DNA of 64,000 bases from Paraspadella gotoi. Its lineage: Eukaryota > Animalia > Chaetognatha. The notes under the pieces are model-generated. The model saw only the letters and a list, made by a program, of their open reading frames with translations, was not told the origin of the DNA and ran no database searches. Of this stretch, positions 37,819-51,600 are shown in pieces (positions within the stretch are counted from its first letter, which is position 1; each line of letters begins with the position of its first letter). The stretch covers positions 10,114,370 through 10,178,369 of the forward strand of contig CM119268.1 of the NCBI GenBank assembly GCA_051294375.1, given 5' to 3'. The translations under genes and the position numbers were made by a program.

Positions 37819-40307
37819 TCAAATTATTTCAACTCCTTCCGGGTCGAATTTGGATCCCTTGACGATCTTGGTGATCTTAGTATCGGGCATAACCCCCAGG
37901 GGATTTTTCGTGGAATGATCCTCGTACCACAAACCGACGTCGCTGGTTACGAGCCGGAAAAACTGCCGGTAGCACCCTTCCTTTAGTGGAAGGGATTCGT
38001 GAGGAGTTCGATCCGTTATCCAATACAACCGATTAGCTTGCAATTTTTGTGGCGGGGGCAGCAATGGTTTTAAGTGTTCCAGATCTCCCAGCCGACCGAT
38101 AACTTCTTCTCCGTGCTCGTTGGGTACGATTTTGCAGTTGTAAACCGCGCAGGACTCATCGACGTTTGAGGCCATGTAGATCCCGCCGATCAGTACCATC
38201 CGAGCATCGTCGTTTGGGTAATAGCCACGGCCGTCGTCTTCGTGTGGAATGATGTGACAACCGCCATAGCCCCACCGATGACTCAGGTAGCGATGGGACA
38301 AGCCGTCGCCTTCCTTGGTTGTTTCTTGAATGAAAAGTGGTGCTTATTAGATATTGCCACTAAGGGCAAATCTGCAAAATCAGATGTTCCCTAAATATTC
38401 ACTTTTTAGATAAAGTCCTGTGCAAGAAACGCGCCATTTATTTCAGGTTTTAAAAATTACTTTATATATTTGAATTCTTAAAAAAATTTAAAAGTGATAT
38501 AAAGTTTATTAAAAGATGATAAATTTAAAATAAATTTTATTAAAATTGGGGCTATCCGTTTAGGAGCAATGATTTTTTAAAATAAAGTACACTACCACAA
38601 AGCTAAATATAAAATTATTTAAAAAAAAAAATTTATAATATTTAAAAAGATTAATAATAAAAAAAATACATTGGATATTTGGAAGGATAGCTGGATAACT
38701 TGATTACCCCAGATCTTTAAATAATAATCTTAAAGTTTTTAAAATATACGATAAAAGATAGGTTTATGATTCTAAAGTTTTTATATGGATTTCAAATGGG
38801 AGTAAAATAAAATTATCAAATATTGTGGTTAAATTATATAATAACTTCAGATTTTGCATTTTGATAAAAAAATCGTTTTTATTTTTTAACTCCTTGTAGT
38901 CCAGCTTGTTTACTTTTTTAGTTTTATGCTCAATGGTATAATCGAATAATTTTTTTGTATTTGAATAAGAATTATTATAAAATATATTTTTATTAAAAAA
39001 AAGTTAAATGTTTTAAAATTTTGGTTCATATAATAAATATAGATATTGGAGTATGTATTTGAATAATCTGAATGTTAAAAGCTTTTTTCACAACCGCAAT
39101 GATAGTTTTTTTATTTTATAATATTTAAAAAGTTAAAAAAAATCTGTGTAGATAAGTCAATTTTCCCGTTTGGTTTTGGAACACTCGAGTTTAAAAAGTT
39201 ATCTCTTAAACCATTTAACCAATTTTAATAAAATTTAGACACATTGATTCCTTTACACAAAAATTATATGTAAATTTTTTAAAAAATTTTCCTTTTTTCT
39301 CTAAATATATAATTTTTAAAAATATTTTTATAGAGCGTTTGGAATTTAAAGTTATAAAGTAGCGCGTTTTTTTTTGCAGTGAGCATGATGGAGGCTTTAA
39401 ACCACCAAAGCCTGTCCAGTCAGTGGTAAAGTAGTTTATTTAATAAATGAATGGAAAATTTTTATTTTGGTTGTACCAATTTCATACCAAGGTTACGGCG
39501 TTCTATTTTTTTCCAAATTTTAATTCATTTTTCTATTACATTCATTGATATATATCGTATATGCTTTATAAATGGGATTTTTAGGAATAAAATTTTACCT
39601 CGATCTTTTTTACATTTGAATTTAACCTTCCCCGGACAGTCAGTGTGAAGCCCCGGCCGGCGTTGACTCTTTCCTTCCTCCACGAGACTCTCCATGATTG
39701 TCAAAAAACAGATCTTTCCGTGTTGAGACTCTGAATCCCGAAACCACGTGCTGTACTTCTTGTTGGTCTCCGGTTCGCCGCAGTGGAGTATCAGCGGCCA
39801 GTATGGTTTTAAAAACGAAGGCAGTTTGGACTCTTCGAACTTGTTTGACATTATGAAGGGCATCATGTTGACGTTAATGTCCGTCGGCTTCGGAAATTCC
39901 AACGGAACGTGATTTGACCTGGATGGAGCAAGAATAAGATTTCGGAAATTTTTTTAAAGTTAATTTATTCTCTCATGACTGACGAACATGCGCTCTCCGC
40001 AAATAACTTCGGTGAAGAAGCAGTAGGAGTCGGTGTCCATCGGAGGATCGGACCAATAGTTGCGCCCGCTCTTCAGTCTTTCCAGAACTTCCTTGTCGAT
40101 CGACTCGTCGGGTAACTTGATGTGACGTCGCCATCGCCGCTCGTTAGTGGCTAATTCGAAGATGCCTTTGACGATGTGGGGCATTCCCCGGAGGCGGGAC
40201 AAGACGCATTCCTGGTCGTAAACGCCGGCGAGGATGGTTAAGGCAATTCGAAGGCGAATGTCCTTTTCCTCTGAGTCGTTCCATTTCTCAGCCATGGCCC
40301 ATGGCAT
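37819..40307 (-). CDS. Uncharacterised 2-oxoglutarate/Fe(II) dioxygenase-fold protein, ~387 aa, 3 exons
   Basis: Exons 40307-39988, 39918-39599, 38342-37819 in phase. Motifs INVNMMPF, CFLTIMES, SQRRPGLHTD (HxD), GGIYMASNV, LYWITDRTPHESLP (distal His), RQFFRL (2OG-binding Arg candidate). Confidence 0.65.
38418..39381. mobile_element. Degenerate AT-rich TIR element filling intron 2 of the dioxygenase-like gene
   Basis: tgcaagaaacgcgc / gcgcgtttttttttgcagtg termini and an internal inverted match taaattttattaaaattgg (38531) / ccaattttaataaaattta (39219). Confidence 0.5.
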
Positions 40308-40350
40308 GGGATTAGTTGGTAAAGTAAATTTTGAATGCTCTGAGCGGGTT

Positions 40351-40511
40351 AATTTTACTTTCGCCAACCGTGGTTAGGGGCGGTTTAAAGTAGTTTGGGT
40401 TAAGAGTGTTTAAGGTTAGAATAATTAGGTAATTTTTTAAATATTTTTAAAAATAAAATTTTAAATTGTTTTTAAAAAAACACCAAAACCCCGGTCGGCG
40501 AAAGTAAAATT
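40351..40511. mobile_element. 160-bp MITE just upstream of the dioxygenase-like start codon
   Basis: TIR AATTTTACTTTCGCCAACCG / CGGTCGGCGAAAGTAAAATT; a similar end (tttacattcgccgaccgg) occurs at ~1116. Confidence 0.7.
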
Positions 40512-41461
40512 TTGCTACTTTTTTTGATGCAACATAACATTTTCCCTATGTACGCCCAGATGAATCACCTTAAAAGAGATGAGGGCTAAAGTCTTGTTCT
40601 CTCGTTTTTACTTCGTTAGTCAGAGCCTCTGACTCTGACAGAGGAGGTTGTGTCGTTGAAGTTGAAAATAAAAGACAAGCACCGGCATCCATCGTCACAA
40701 ATTATTACTAATAGTGATCTCAGGCACGATTTTATATATTTTTTTGAGGAGTTTTAAATTCAAGGAAAATAAATTCAACGTTAATAAAACCAATGGATAA
40801 CTAAGAGTTTAAGGGGATCCGGGGCCATAAGTCATAAAGGAAAATATAATTTTTCTCGTCTTCAGTCAGTAACGAGAGATAAAACATCGCTTTGCAGATA
40901 AGATGAGATTGACAATCGAATTCGAAGTTATTGATTAACTTAAAATTTTATTTCACTAATTTTTTTTTCCAATGATTCTGAAGTAAGAAATATTCGTTAT
41001 ACTTATAGCGAATGTTATTTGTTCGAATGATCGAAAGACGCGAAATGCTTAACAGGATCCCGATCGTCATCCTTCTTTTTAACGCAATTGTTCTCTTCGG
41101 CCGACGACTTACGGAAACTGACCATGGAGTGGAAGTCATTTGGCCCTGCACTTGCAACTCCATTCTTCCCCAATGCCAGGATCTCAATATCAAGTTTGTT
41201 TCCCTCATGTTAACTCCCAGCGAGAAAACGATCGGCGACGAGTGCTCAAATTTTATTTTCAGCGAATGGTCTTGTGAACAAATCGGCGCCAGTCATCGCC
41301 AGGGTTGCGAGATTGTGAGGAAGGCGAATCTTCAGTCTCTCGCCATCACCGACTGTCGAAACGTAGTCGACCTCGGATGGTGTCTCCATCCTTCGACGTG
41401 AGTGTTGATTAATGGTTATTCACGCGATTGTACCTGTAGTCAATCTCCGTACAAGAAATAT

Positions 41462-42111
41462 TCGTCATTTGCAAACTTGTAAAGATTTTTTTAATCTGAA
41501 ATATTTTTTCTATGATAAAAACTAAAATCATTTATCCGTATTTTATAGTGATTGGTTTTGATTTGACTTGGCAATGAGCGGAGAGAAATTGCCTTAAAAA
41601 TCGTCTTTCATTTTAAAACGCAATTTTTTTTCTTTAATTTGTTTTTTTTAACTTTCTAAACATTTAAAAAAAATAATTTAAAAAGCTCTTGAAAATATGA
41701 AGAGAAAGGCATAATTAAAAATACTATAATATAAAAATTAGCCTATCCAGCTTTAAATAAAAAAAATAATTAATAAATTAAAGAGATGAATGGTTTATTG
41801 GCAACAACAATTTTATTATAGAGAAGAAAATCTTTCGGCTCATAATTCGAGCCTTCATCAGCGTCAAAGTTTTTGGGAATTATTCACAAATTTTATACAA
41901 AAGAAGGAGAGAGAGAGAGAGCTTTCAGAAGATATTAAGACAAAAAGACTGAATAAAGAAGATTTGTTTTAGAATTAAAGACGATTTTTTTAGAAACATT
42001 TTTCCGCTCATTGCCAATCAATATGAAATTTGGATGTATAAATAATTTTGGTTTTTACTACAGAAAAAATCTTTCAGATTAAAAAATTTTTCACAGGTTT
42101 GCAAATGACGA
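41462..42111. mobile_element. 650-bp MITE with long imperfect TIRs
   Basis: TCGTCATTTGCAAAC...aatctgaaa...TTGGCAATGAGCGGA mirrored by TCCGCTCATTGCCAA...tttcagatt...GTTTGCAAATGACGA. Confidence 0.75.
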
Positions 42112-43883
42112 TTTTTTTTCTAGCGGCGTGTTGTCGTGTCACCTGGTATGGATTAACAAATTTCAATCAAAATGAAGATAAAAAATAATGCCATTGTAAA
42201 CTAACTATACGTAGTTGTACAAAATAATTGTGCTAGATAGTCTTGCCTTAGCTATCCTTTACTAAAGATATCCAGTTTTAGCCCTATGTTTGGGGTGTTA
42301 TATCACTAATTATATCACTGATAAACCTGTTCTGCTTAGGTTAAAACGAACGTTGGCGAGAGAGTTCTGCTTTAAGTCTTGCTTCTGCCACGCTCTAGGA
42401 TAAGAGGACAAGGATAATAGATTTCAATGACCAATTTTCATCAACAAAGAATTACTTCTGGAATCACCTTGATAAAAAATAATCTGTGAATTTGCAGTTG
42501 AACGAAAAATAAATTAGAAAGACTAAATTGAAAGTTGGGGTTGAACTAAGAACCGCAATGAGTATAATTTATGATATATAACTCATTTTAATAAAAGGGG
42601 CTTGTATCATCCGACATGGTTGAGTTCGAGCTCTCTGAATATGCTCATTGCTTAAATAACCTGGCGATAAAAAAACCAAGAGAAATAATTTTTGGTGTAA
42701 TTTGCTAAAAAGAGCAAAATAAACAATGAGTGAATGAATGACTTAATGGATGATCGCTACAGAGGAGATAACTATTGTAAATTATGAATAGTATTATTAT
42801 ACCAAAAATCATATAATTGCTGCAAAAAGAAGGTGACCAGGCCACGCCGGGTATAAAATGCATACTATGCATATTTTCCTTGATTTGATGTTTGAAAGCT
42901 GACGTTAGAGTCGCTAATTAAATTAGATTAAAAAACAGTAGTAAGAATTTTTCGGTAAACAAATAGCGTTATCAAGTTAGCGAAAATTGAAATTCCTAAT
43001 ATGAAATGAAAGTTTTAGGAGTTAGGAATGTTTGCATTCTTGGCATTCATAGCTCTCACGATAAAACGCATGCTTTTGAAAAATTATAGGTTAGCAAATA
43101 CAGTTTTCATGTTTGAAAAGCAGTTTTTTGAATGCCTTTCAACTTACTCCACAGACTATTAAATTATCGAACGGCACGAATGACAAAGATGTGCTTACCA
43201 ACACATCTCGCATTATTAGCAAACGTTTAGGACTTTATCTTGACTCGACTATCATTTTCATATATCATTTGTATATAAGATAAACTAAAATACGATATTT
43301 TTTCATTTTTGACAAAACATTGAAAGAAAAAAATTTTGAAATAACGAAAAGTGAGTTATTATTGATTGAATTATTACAATGAAAGCAAAATCCCGAACGG
43401 GTCTTTTCTACATTGGTCATTGCTCATCCCTGAGTGATAAGTGCTTAATTTTCACCCCGTAAATAGTTTTGTAAATCATGTCTGCAGAAGTACAGAAAAA
43501 CGATTTAGAAGCTTCAATTATCAATTGAGAAAAAAAACGTGTTTCTCTTCATTGTCCGAGGGTGATCCAAATTTCAGTTTTATTGATATTTATTTCAGTT
43601 ATTTTCGTTGTGAAGTTATTACACAACCTTATCCACCGACTATTAATGTAATCTTTTTCCATTCGCCTGCGTTCAACTTTTCATCTGTCAAAGGAAATCA
43701 AAGATTTCCGTCCATTTGATAATTAGTGCCTATTGACGCGCGAATTGCTTAAGAGATTACGGTCAAAGGAAATCTAGCGCGAACCAAGCTCGAGTGAGTT
43801 GAAATGGAAATCGATGAAAACTTCAACATTTGCGTTCTCCTCCAACAATCCGTTCACACGCGGGCGACCTTCAACCTTCAAGT

Positions 43884-46800
43884 TCATAGAATCTCCTCCT
43901 TTTCAGCGTCGAAAGTGACTTTGACGATGGTCGGCGTCCTAGCTCTAGAAGCCGTCGTCGTGGGCGAAGCCAAAGCCGTCGACCTGGTCGGCGTCACGTC
44001 GAACGGCGCCGCTTCCGATTCCGGCGTCGACGGGAGTTGCGTCGGCGTCGTCGTTGAGAGCGGCGTGGCAACGGAAGTGAGGCGCAGAGTCATGCCCAGC
44101 TGCGGAGGCTGCTGTGGCCGAATGGGGGCTGTTTCCCCCACGTGCATGGCTTGCCGCTGCAGCAACGAAACGTCGAGCGGCAGGAGATCGGACGCTGACG
44201 GAATGAATACCCCAGAGGCGTTGTCGTCGAGACCGTTTCCCGCAGAAATGGAAAGTTTTCCGGCGAAAGGAAAAGGCGGCGCTTCGAAGAGATAATCTTT
44301 CTGCCGCTGCTGCTGAGAAGGCTGCGGTTGCGCCGTTTCCTGCGGTTGTTGCCAAAGTTGATCCGTTTGCTCGAGGGGATGTTGGCCGGAAGAAGACGAA
44401 GCGTCTTCAGGATCCCTTCGGAAACCGGGACGCGAGAAGTCGGCGGAGGAGGAATGCAAAGAAGAGGTTAGGATGACAGGCATCGGTGGTGGAGCGGTAG
44501 ATCCGGCTGGCCCGGCTGGTCCGGCAGACATGCAAAGGCCGACTTGGCCTGTTTCGGAGGTCAAGGTCGCAAGAGGAGTTTCCGTCGACGTTTCGGTCAC
44601 GGATTCGACGGAGGCTTTGGACGAGGACGACGCCATCGTCGGAGTCGATCGAACGCACCTTAAGTACGAATGGCCCGCCGAAGTCACTGAAGGCAGGGAC
44701 GACGACGACGACGAAGAGGAGGACGATGAAGAGGTCCGCGTCGTCGACGCGGAGACAGCGTAGCCCGACGACGACGACCACGCCGACGACGATGAAGACG
44801 ACGACGAAGCGGGTTGAGGATCCTGTGTCGTCGAAAGGCTCGTCGACGAGGGCATCGAAGATGTTGGCGACATCGGGGGCGAAGGTTTGAGACAGGATTG
44901 GATATGCGCGGTTGAGGAGTCGGTGGTGACGGCTGAGACGTCGAAGGCGGACGCGTATGCCCCGATCGGTTCGCCTGCTTCAGCGGCGGCTGCAGCGGCA
45001 GAGACGATGGGTAAAAACGGGTTGGTTGCTGAAAGTTGCATTCCATACACATTGCCTAGAAAAGATATGGAAAAGTTTCAGTTGTTTCGCAGTGACAAGC
45101 AAAAGGAGCTCAACTCAAAGTCTGATGTAGCACATCCTAAATTCGCCTCCATGGTCAAACTCAGCGCTTCCGAATAGCTTCGATTAGAATCGATAGTTAA
45201 CTCGCTAACCAACCGTTACTTCCGGGTTCAATCCCATCACGGTTAGATGGTGTGATGGTGCTGGCATAAAGACGCCTGAAAGCTACCTGTCGGGGGATGA
45301 CTCATAACCCGGGCATCACACCTGTCCCCCCGTTGCCATTCGTTTATCAAAGTTGCAGATCCTTACCGGAAAAAACGCATGTCATTTTCATTGTTTTCAG
45401 CAATATTTTCTCCGTAATAGAAAACAAATTTATAAGGTAAATGGGAGCATTGCTTTTTTTTCTTTCCTAATACCAGGAAGCTACCCGGGGTGAGGGCGTG
45501 TAGAGTGGTCATACTTTCGCCTCAGAGCAGAGAGCCCCGGGCTCTTGGAGGGGCCGGAAAAAGCTCATGGAGATGAACAAATATTGAAATTAGACAACAA
45601 CAACAAAAAAAAAAGAACATAATTTAATGTAAATATTACTCTACAAAATAGCTTGAATTTAGCTTTGAATATACGTAGATATACAAGATCGCAATTTTGA
45701 AAACCTACCGGAAAAGGGATGATCGAATCGAATTAACTCGGCGAATCTAGATTCTGCGACCACGCCGCCGATAGAAGCCTCATCGACGACTGAACCGCGT
45801 AGCGAATCGCCGTCGATCCGGGCGAATCCAATCTCATTGGCGTCAAACGTCTCGGCGTCCAATCGAGCACCGCCGAAGAAGGCGCCATCGGGTTGAGGCA
45901 CGAGACCGGAAGCTTCGAAGCCGGCGGCTTCCATCGCGATGAAAGGGTCGTCGCCAACGCCCGTAGTCCGTTTAAAGGGTCCAAACTCCTCATCCGGAGA
46001 AGGCGGCGTCGTGCAGAGCGGATCCAGGTCGATCACGAAGGGCGAATCCGGTGCCGGGACTCGCGGTATCACCGAGGCGGCGCCGTCAGCGATGACGTCC
46101 TTCGCGTCGATTACGGACGGCGCGGATTGGCGAGGCGGCGAACGTCGTGGACGGCGGGTCGGAAGCGACGAGGTGGCGTAACTTGGAAGGCCTGCGGTGG
46201 AGAGTGGGCGAACAGAGTGAGTAATGGATTGGGGAAGGGAGGTTAGACTTGGATAGATAGAAAGATGCAAATTAAGATTTTTGAATCTAAAATAAAAGTT
46301 GGATAAAATAATTCTGAATAATTGCAATAATGATTACAACTTCTACAAAATAGGTATAGAAGGAAATGTTTGAAAGTTTTTGATACAAACTGACGAGTTC
46401 TTTTTGGAAATTCTTGAAACTGAAAGTTCTTGATTCACAACCGCCGTGACTTTTTTAAGTTTATTGTGCTCGTATTGTCAGATATTCCTCACCCTTCAAC
46501 TCGCTAGTCCGGATGATTTCTGATGTATGAGGTGATTGACCAGAAGAGTTCCGTCGAGCGGTTGTCGTCGTCATCGTCGTCGTCGTCGAAACCTCCAAGA
46601 AAGCGCCGACGCCACCGATTGAATGTCTTTGGCCTGCCGGCGCCCAGCTGACGCACCGCGAAGTCGTCGTCGGCTGAAGGGACGGCGGATGTTGAAGTTG
46701 AGGCGCAGAGACGCCGGGAGGAAATCCGGCGCTGGCAAATCCGAACGTCGTCGGCGTCGTCGTCGAAGTCGACGCGGGCAGCGAAAAGTTTCGCGTCTCT

Positions 46801-48557
46801 CCGAAGAAGCGCTGCTGCAGTTTCTGCGTTCGTTTATAAGGTTGAGATCTCAATTGCTGCGGATGCTGCTGCTGCTGAGGTTGTTGGTGAAATTGAGGAA
46901 GGATTTGTTGTGGCTGCTGATGCTGCTGCTGAAATTGGTCGGAGTGGTCGCCGATTTGAATTTCTACGGCTGCCGCCACGACGGTGGTGACAGCGGCGGT
47001 GGTGAGCGGCGGTTCGTCGGTTCCCGGCGGCGACGGCGCGGACACGTGGACGGCGATCGGAACGTGATGAACGCGCGCGGGGGTTCCGAAAGGATCGAAC
47101 GAGGGGGCGTCGACGGCGCCACCTACCCCGCGTCCGTTGGCGGCGGCGATGGCGGCCACGGCGGCGGCGGGAGAAACTCCCTCGACGGAGGAACACCAAG
47201 TCTCGGTGGAGGTGAGGGAAAGTTGGGGTGAACGGCCCGATGGAGGGGCGGCACCGGGGGTGAGGTCGGCCCCGTAGCTGCCGACTTTTGAAAGTGAAAT
47301 GGTGAAACGGGGGAAATCGATTATGACATTAGTGATTAATAATCATCGGGTGTTACGTACCAGTTTCAATTACCAAGTCAAGTTAATCTATTACTGACGT
47401 ACGTAGCTATCAGGATATCATGATTTATATACGAATATATAACTTATAACTTATATTTCTAAAATACGTCTAAATAAGGGTTTGTCTCTCGCCACTACCT
47501 CCTAATCCGCTGCTTGCCGTTTCTGTGTCGGTAGAGGATCCTCTGCCGGTCAGAGTAAAGGCGCTGCGAAATAGATTAGGATTAGAACCTCTACTCGCTA
47601 TTAAACATAATAATAACTCGCTATTAAACAATACGAGCGAAATTAAAGAGACATAGATTTCACCTTCCGGCACTCCTGTGAGAAAGTGAGGTTCCGGAGT
47701 CGTGACTCAGCGTGGCGCTCAATGGCGCTGCTGTCAGCGCTCCGTTCATGGGCGGAACCGAACCGGAGGTAAATAATCTGAGAATAGAAAAGTGATGGGG
47801 GGGGGGGCGAAAGGTCAATAGATGGCCTGTTTTTAGTCACGTCGAGACACTTTTCGGTCTATCTGTTTGTCTGTTTTTTTATATTATAATCAAATATATA
47901 AACCTAAAAAAAAAAACTGTTTCAGAAAAAGGTTTCTGTATTTAAATTACACGTTTTCGGGGCTCGAAAGATAAAGAAAAGGAGGAGCAGCAGCATAACG
48001 AGAAGGAACAAGAAGGAAAAAAAAAATTAGTTTGCCCTTTAGAAGGACGCTACCGAATGAACGCTGGATTGAGTCAGCGTAACTTTTACGGAACTCTCAC
48101 CTCAAAATCACAGAAATTTGTTCGTCGATTTTTCCGATTTTTTCATTGATGTTCATGATGTCCTCTCGGAGTCTCTTGGCTTCGGCTGAGAGAAAAACGT
48201 CGAACGTCACACGAAAATCCGTGATACGACGCAGAAAGATTTCTATCACCGACGTCGCTATAGATTTTTTTTCTAACTTAACTTACCCGAGGCAGCGGAA
48301 CCTCTGTTCGACCTTCTCCTCGCTCGGGATCCTCTCCGGATCACGAGGTCCTCGTCGTCCTCGTCGTCGTCATCATCGTCGTCGATATCGAACTCCTCGT
48401 CGTCTTCGTCGTCGAGGTCGTCGTCGTATACCTCGTCCTCGTCTTCTTCCTCCTCCTCGTCGTCGTCGTCGTCGTGCGGACGAAAGCGTCGACTTATCAC
48501 AGTTTTACTGATTTTTCGCCCTGGGGGAGAGAAGGGAGGAGGGAGAGAGAGAGAGGG

Positions 48558-48614
<57 letters not shown>

Positions 48615-51600
48615 AGGAGAGAGAGAGAGAGTAAGAGAAAATGGGAAAAATAAAAAAAACCTGTTTCACTAATTGAATTTAACGATATTAAATGTAGATG
48701 CAAGATGTATTAATTAATCAAATAATTAATCAATTAATTAATCAATTAATTAATCAATAATTAATTAATCAGTCAATTAATCAATCAATTTATTAATCAA
48801 TAAATCAATTTATTTATCTATTAATTAATTATTCAATCAATCAATCAATCAATCAAACAATCAGTGAGTCAATCGTTATCGGCATTATTGTCGTCGTCGT
48901 CGTCGTCATTGCTTTTGTCGTGGTCAGTGACGAAAAGTCCTAAAAACAAACCTTTCGGATCAAATTAATTAATTAATTACCAAATTAATTAATTAACTTG
49001 AATTATTAATTAATTAATTAATTAATTAATTACCGGTAATAATCGTGGGCAGATCCGACATTGTTTGCTCAAACTTGTTTAATTGTAAGTATGGCTTAAA
49101 ATTTTTTTTTAAATATTTACCTGACATTTTGCCCCAAATGCTTTGAAGGCCGCCTCCACCTCCGGCGGTCCGCCTGATTGCAAGTTTATTAAACTATTAA
49201 AATAATACTTTTTATAAAGCAATTTCAATCATTATTTTCTACGTAGTTAATACTAAATTTCGACTGATTCGCTTTGTTTTGAATTTAAAATAATTAATTT
49301 TGGCGAGAAGCAACCTGGCGAACATTGGAGAACTGACGGCGTATTTTCTGCCTCCAGGACTCGAAAGGCAAGCGTCTGAATCCTCGGGAGGCGCCAGCGT
49401 AGATGGCGTAGCTTCTTTTTCTAAAAAAGATAATAATAATTATAATAATTATTAGAACTCAAAATTTGTATAGAAGGAAGGCCAATGAATTGATTTCCGA
49501 TATGAAAAAGGGTAAAGAAACTTACCCGAAGTAGGAGAGACTAAAGCGTCGGTGCTGCGCCCTTGAGTCGAGTCCCGATGCAGGGAAAGTTTCTCATCGT
49601 CGCTCACTGGATGATCTGAGGAATTGGGAACGCGAGTAAAAAAAAAAATGTAAATAAAAATCAGTAAAAAAAAAAAGATAAGGTATTAGAAATTCGACGT
49701 CAGCATTTTTTGTGAACTAGGTTTCGACAGGTGTCGTTTTCCCCTCTCACTCTTCAATAATTCACATCCTTTTCACAAAATAAAATTGAGCAAATGTCTT
49801 GAGCAAAACAACAAATTTATCGGCGATGATTGAAAACTCGAATGATACTGACATTTACATCTACAGAAAACAATAACAAATGACGAATGATCAACAAAAT
49901 TGGAAATGAAAGAAATAAAAAAAAATATTGGATTCGCTTTTGAATTATTGGAAGCCTTTTGTTCGGGTAAAAAAATAGGAAATGCCGAAAATATATTTCA
50001 GTATTTACAGGGTTTTATGTTTAGTCGTGTTTTGTAAGGAAACGACCTTGTAATGCTTAATACAAAGCAAGAGGCAGATAGGTAGACACTAGACAATCCA
50101 GGAATTTTACAATTATTTTTAAAATGCATAAAGAAATAAATCAGTTTCACCTGATTTTTCTTCGTTGATGGTCTCTTGTTTGGGAGAGGGTTTGGGGCCT
50201 AATAAGCGAGCCCACTTGAGCGCTGGTCGTGAACCGCCGCTTCCTGAGTGGCAGGATAAAAAAAGAGCCCGGTGCGAAAAGTAAGTTCGGAGTGTAAGAG
50301 GTCAAGAATAAACAAACTTACGACACCATCGCCAATAGGACAAAAAACACGCTTTGTGTAAAAAATCCGGCTAGATAGAGAATATTAGATAATAATTATT
50401 AATACATAATAAAAAAAATAATACTAAAAAAAAATGGTGAGAAAAATTGAATGTCACGAGTACAACATCGAAAAACGCGGTGGTCACTTTATTATTGCAG
50501 ACGACGAAAGAAATATCGTTGAGTATTAAACCCACCGAATCTAAGAAATCCTTTAGATTTTTATCAAATAAAAATAAAATAGAAACAGATGATATTAGTC
50601 TGTTGTGTCAACGATCCTTCACTAACATACCATTTTTTGCATGATAGCTCTAACTTTTTTACTTATAATTATGAATTCATAAATATAGCTTATTAGTATC
50701 CAATAATATATAAAATTTAAAACTAAATTTCTCAAAATATTTTTATAGTTCTTTATTTTTATGTCATTTTACTAGCATTTTATCGTTATTTCCTACAAGA
50801 AAGAGGAAGTTATACAAAAAATTTGTCATCATCATCAAATTTTTCGGACTTATTACAGTAAAATAATTATGAGCGCAATTTGGTGTCTGTGGCGACGTGA
50901 ATAACGTCCTCCATATGTCTTATATTTTGTTATTTTTAAACGCTCTAGCAACCGAATAATAGTAGAGTCGCTGCATTTTTGTTTTTGTAAATTTTAATAA
51001 GCAAAGTTATTCCAGAAAGTACTTCGAAATTTACGTCTACAGACAATTAATAATTTTTTATTTTCTTATTCATTCTTTAATATATTCATAATAATTTTTA
51101 ATATAATTCTAACTTACCATCCGATCCAATTGAGGGCCCTGTTCTGCTTTTTCCTCTTTCGCCTGAATGATCATTTAAAACAATCAATACATTGTATCGA
51201 ATTTTTTCATTTCGTTGTGTTTGAGATTAGAAGAAATAACCAAATTTGTTAGCGACAACAATGTTTTTTTTTATTTGGACATGCTTTGACTTTTTAATTT
51301 GCAATTAAAACATGTCCAAATAAAAACAAATCATCGTTGTCGCTAACAAATTTGGTTATTTCTTCTAACAATCAATACATAGAGCTAAAAATCTTTGAGT
51401 AAAAATTAAAGATTAAGCATTTGTTTGTTAACAAAAAAGGACAGTTTTAGAGCATTTTCCCGCTCTTCATTAGCAATCGATAACAACAAGCCTGTTTTGT
51501 CATCTTACTTATAAATATAATGTAACAATATTGGTTTCTCTCCAACGAACAATTGAAGTCATTGTTTTAAAACCCGTCAAGAGTTAAAAAAAAAACATGC

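Noticed and set aside
40948-41435. Coding-looking GC island with short ORFs on both strands
   Set aside because: Frames are interrupted by stops and I recognise no motif; may be a decayed gene or TE fragment but cannot be supported
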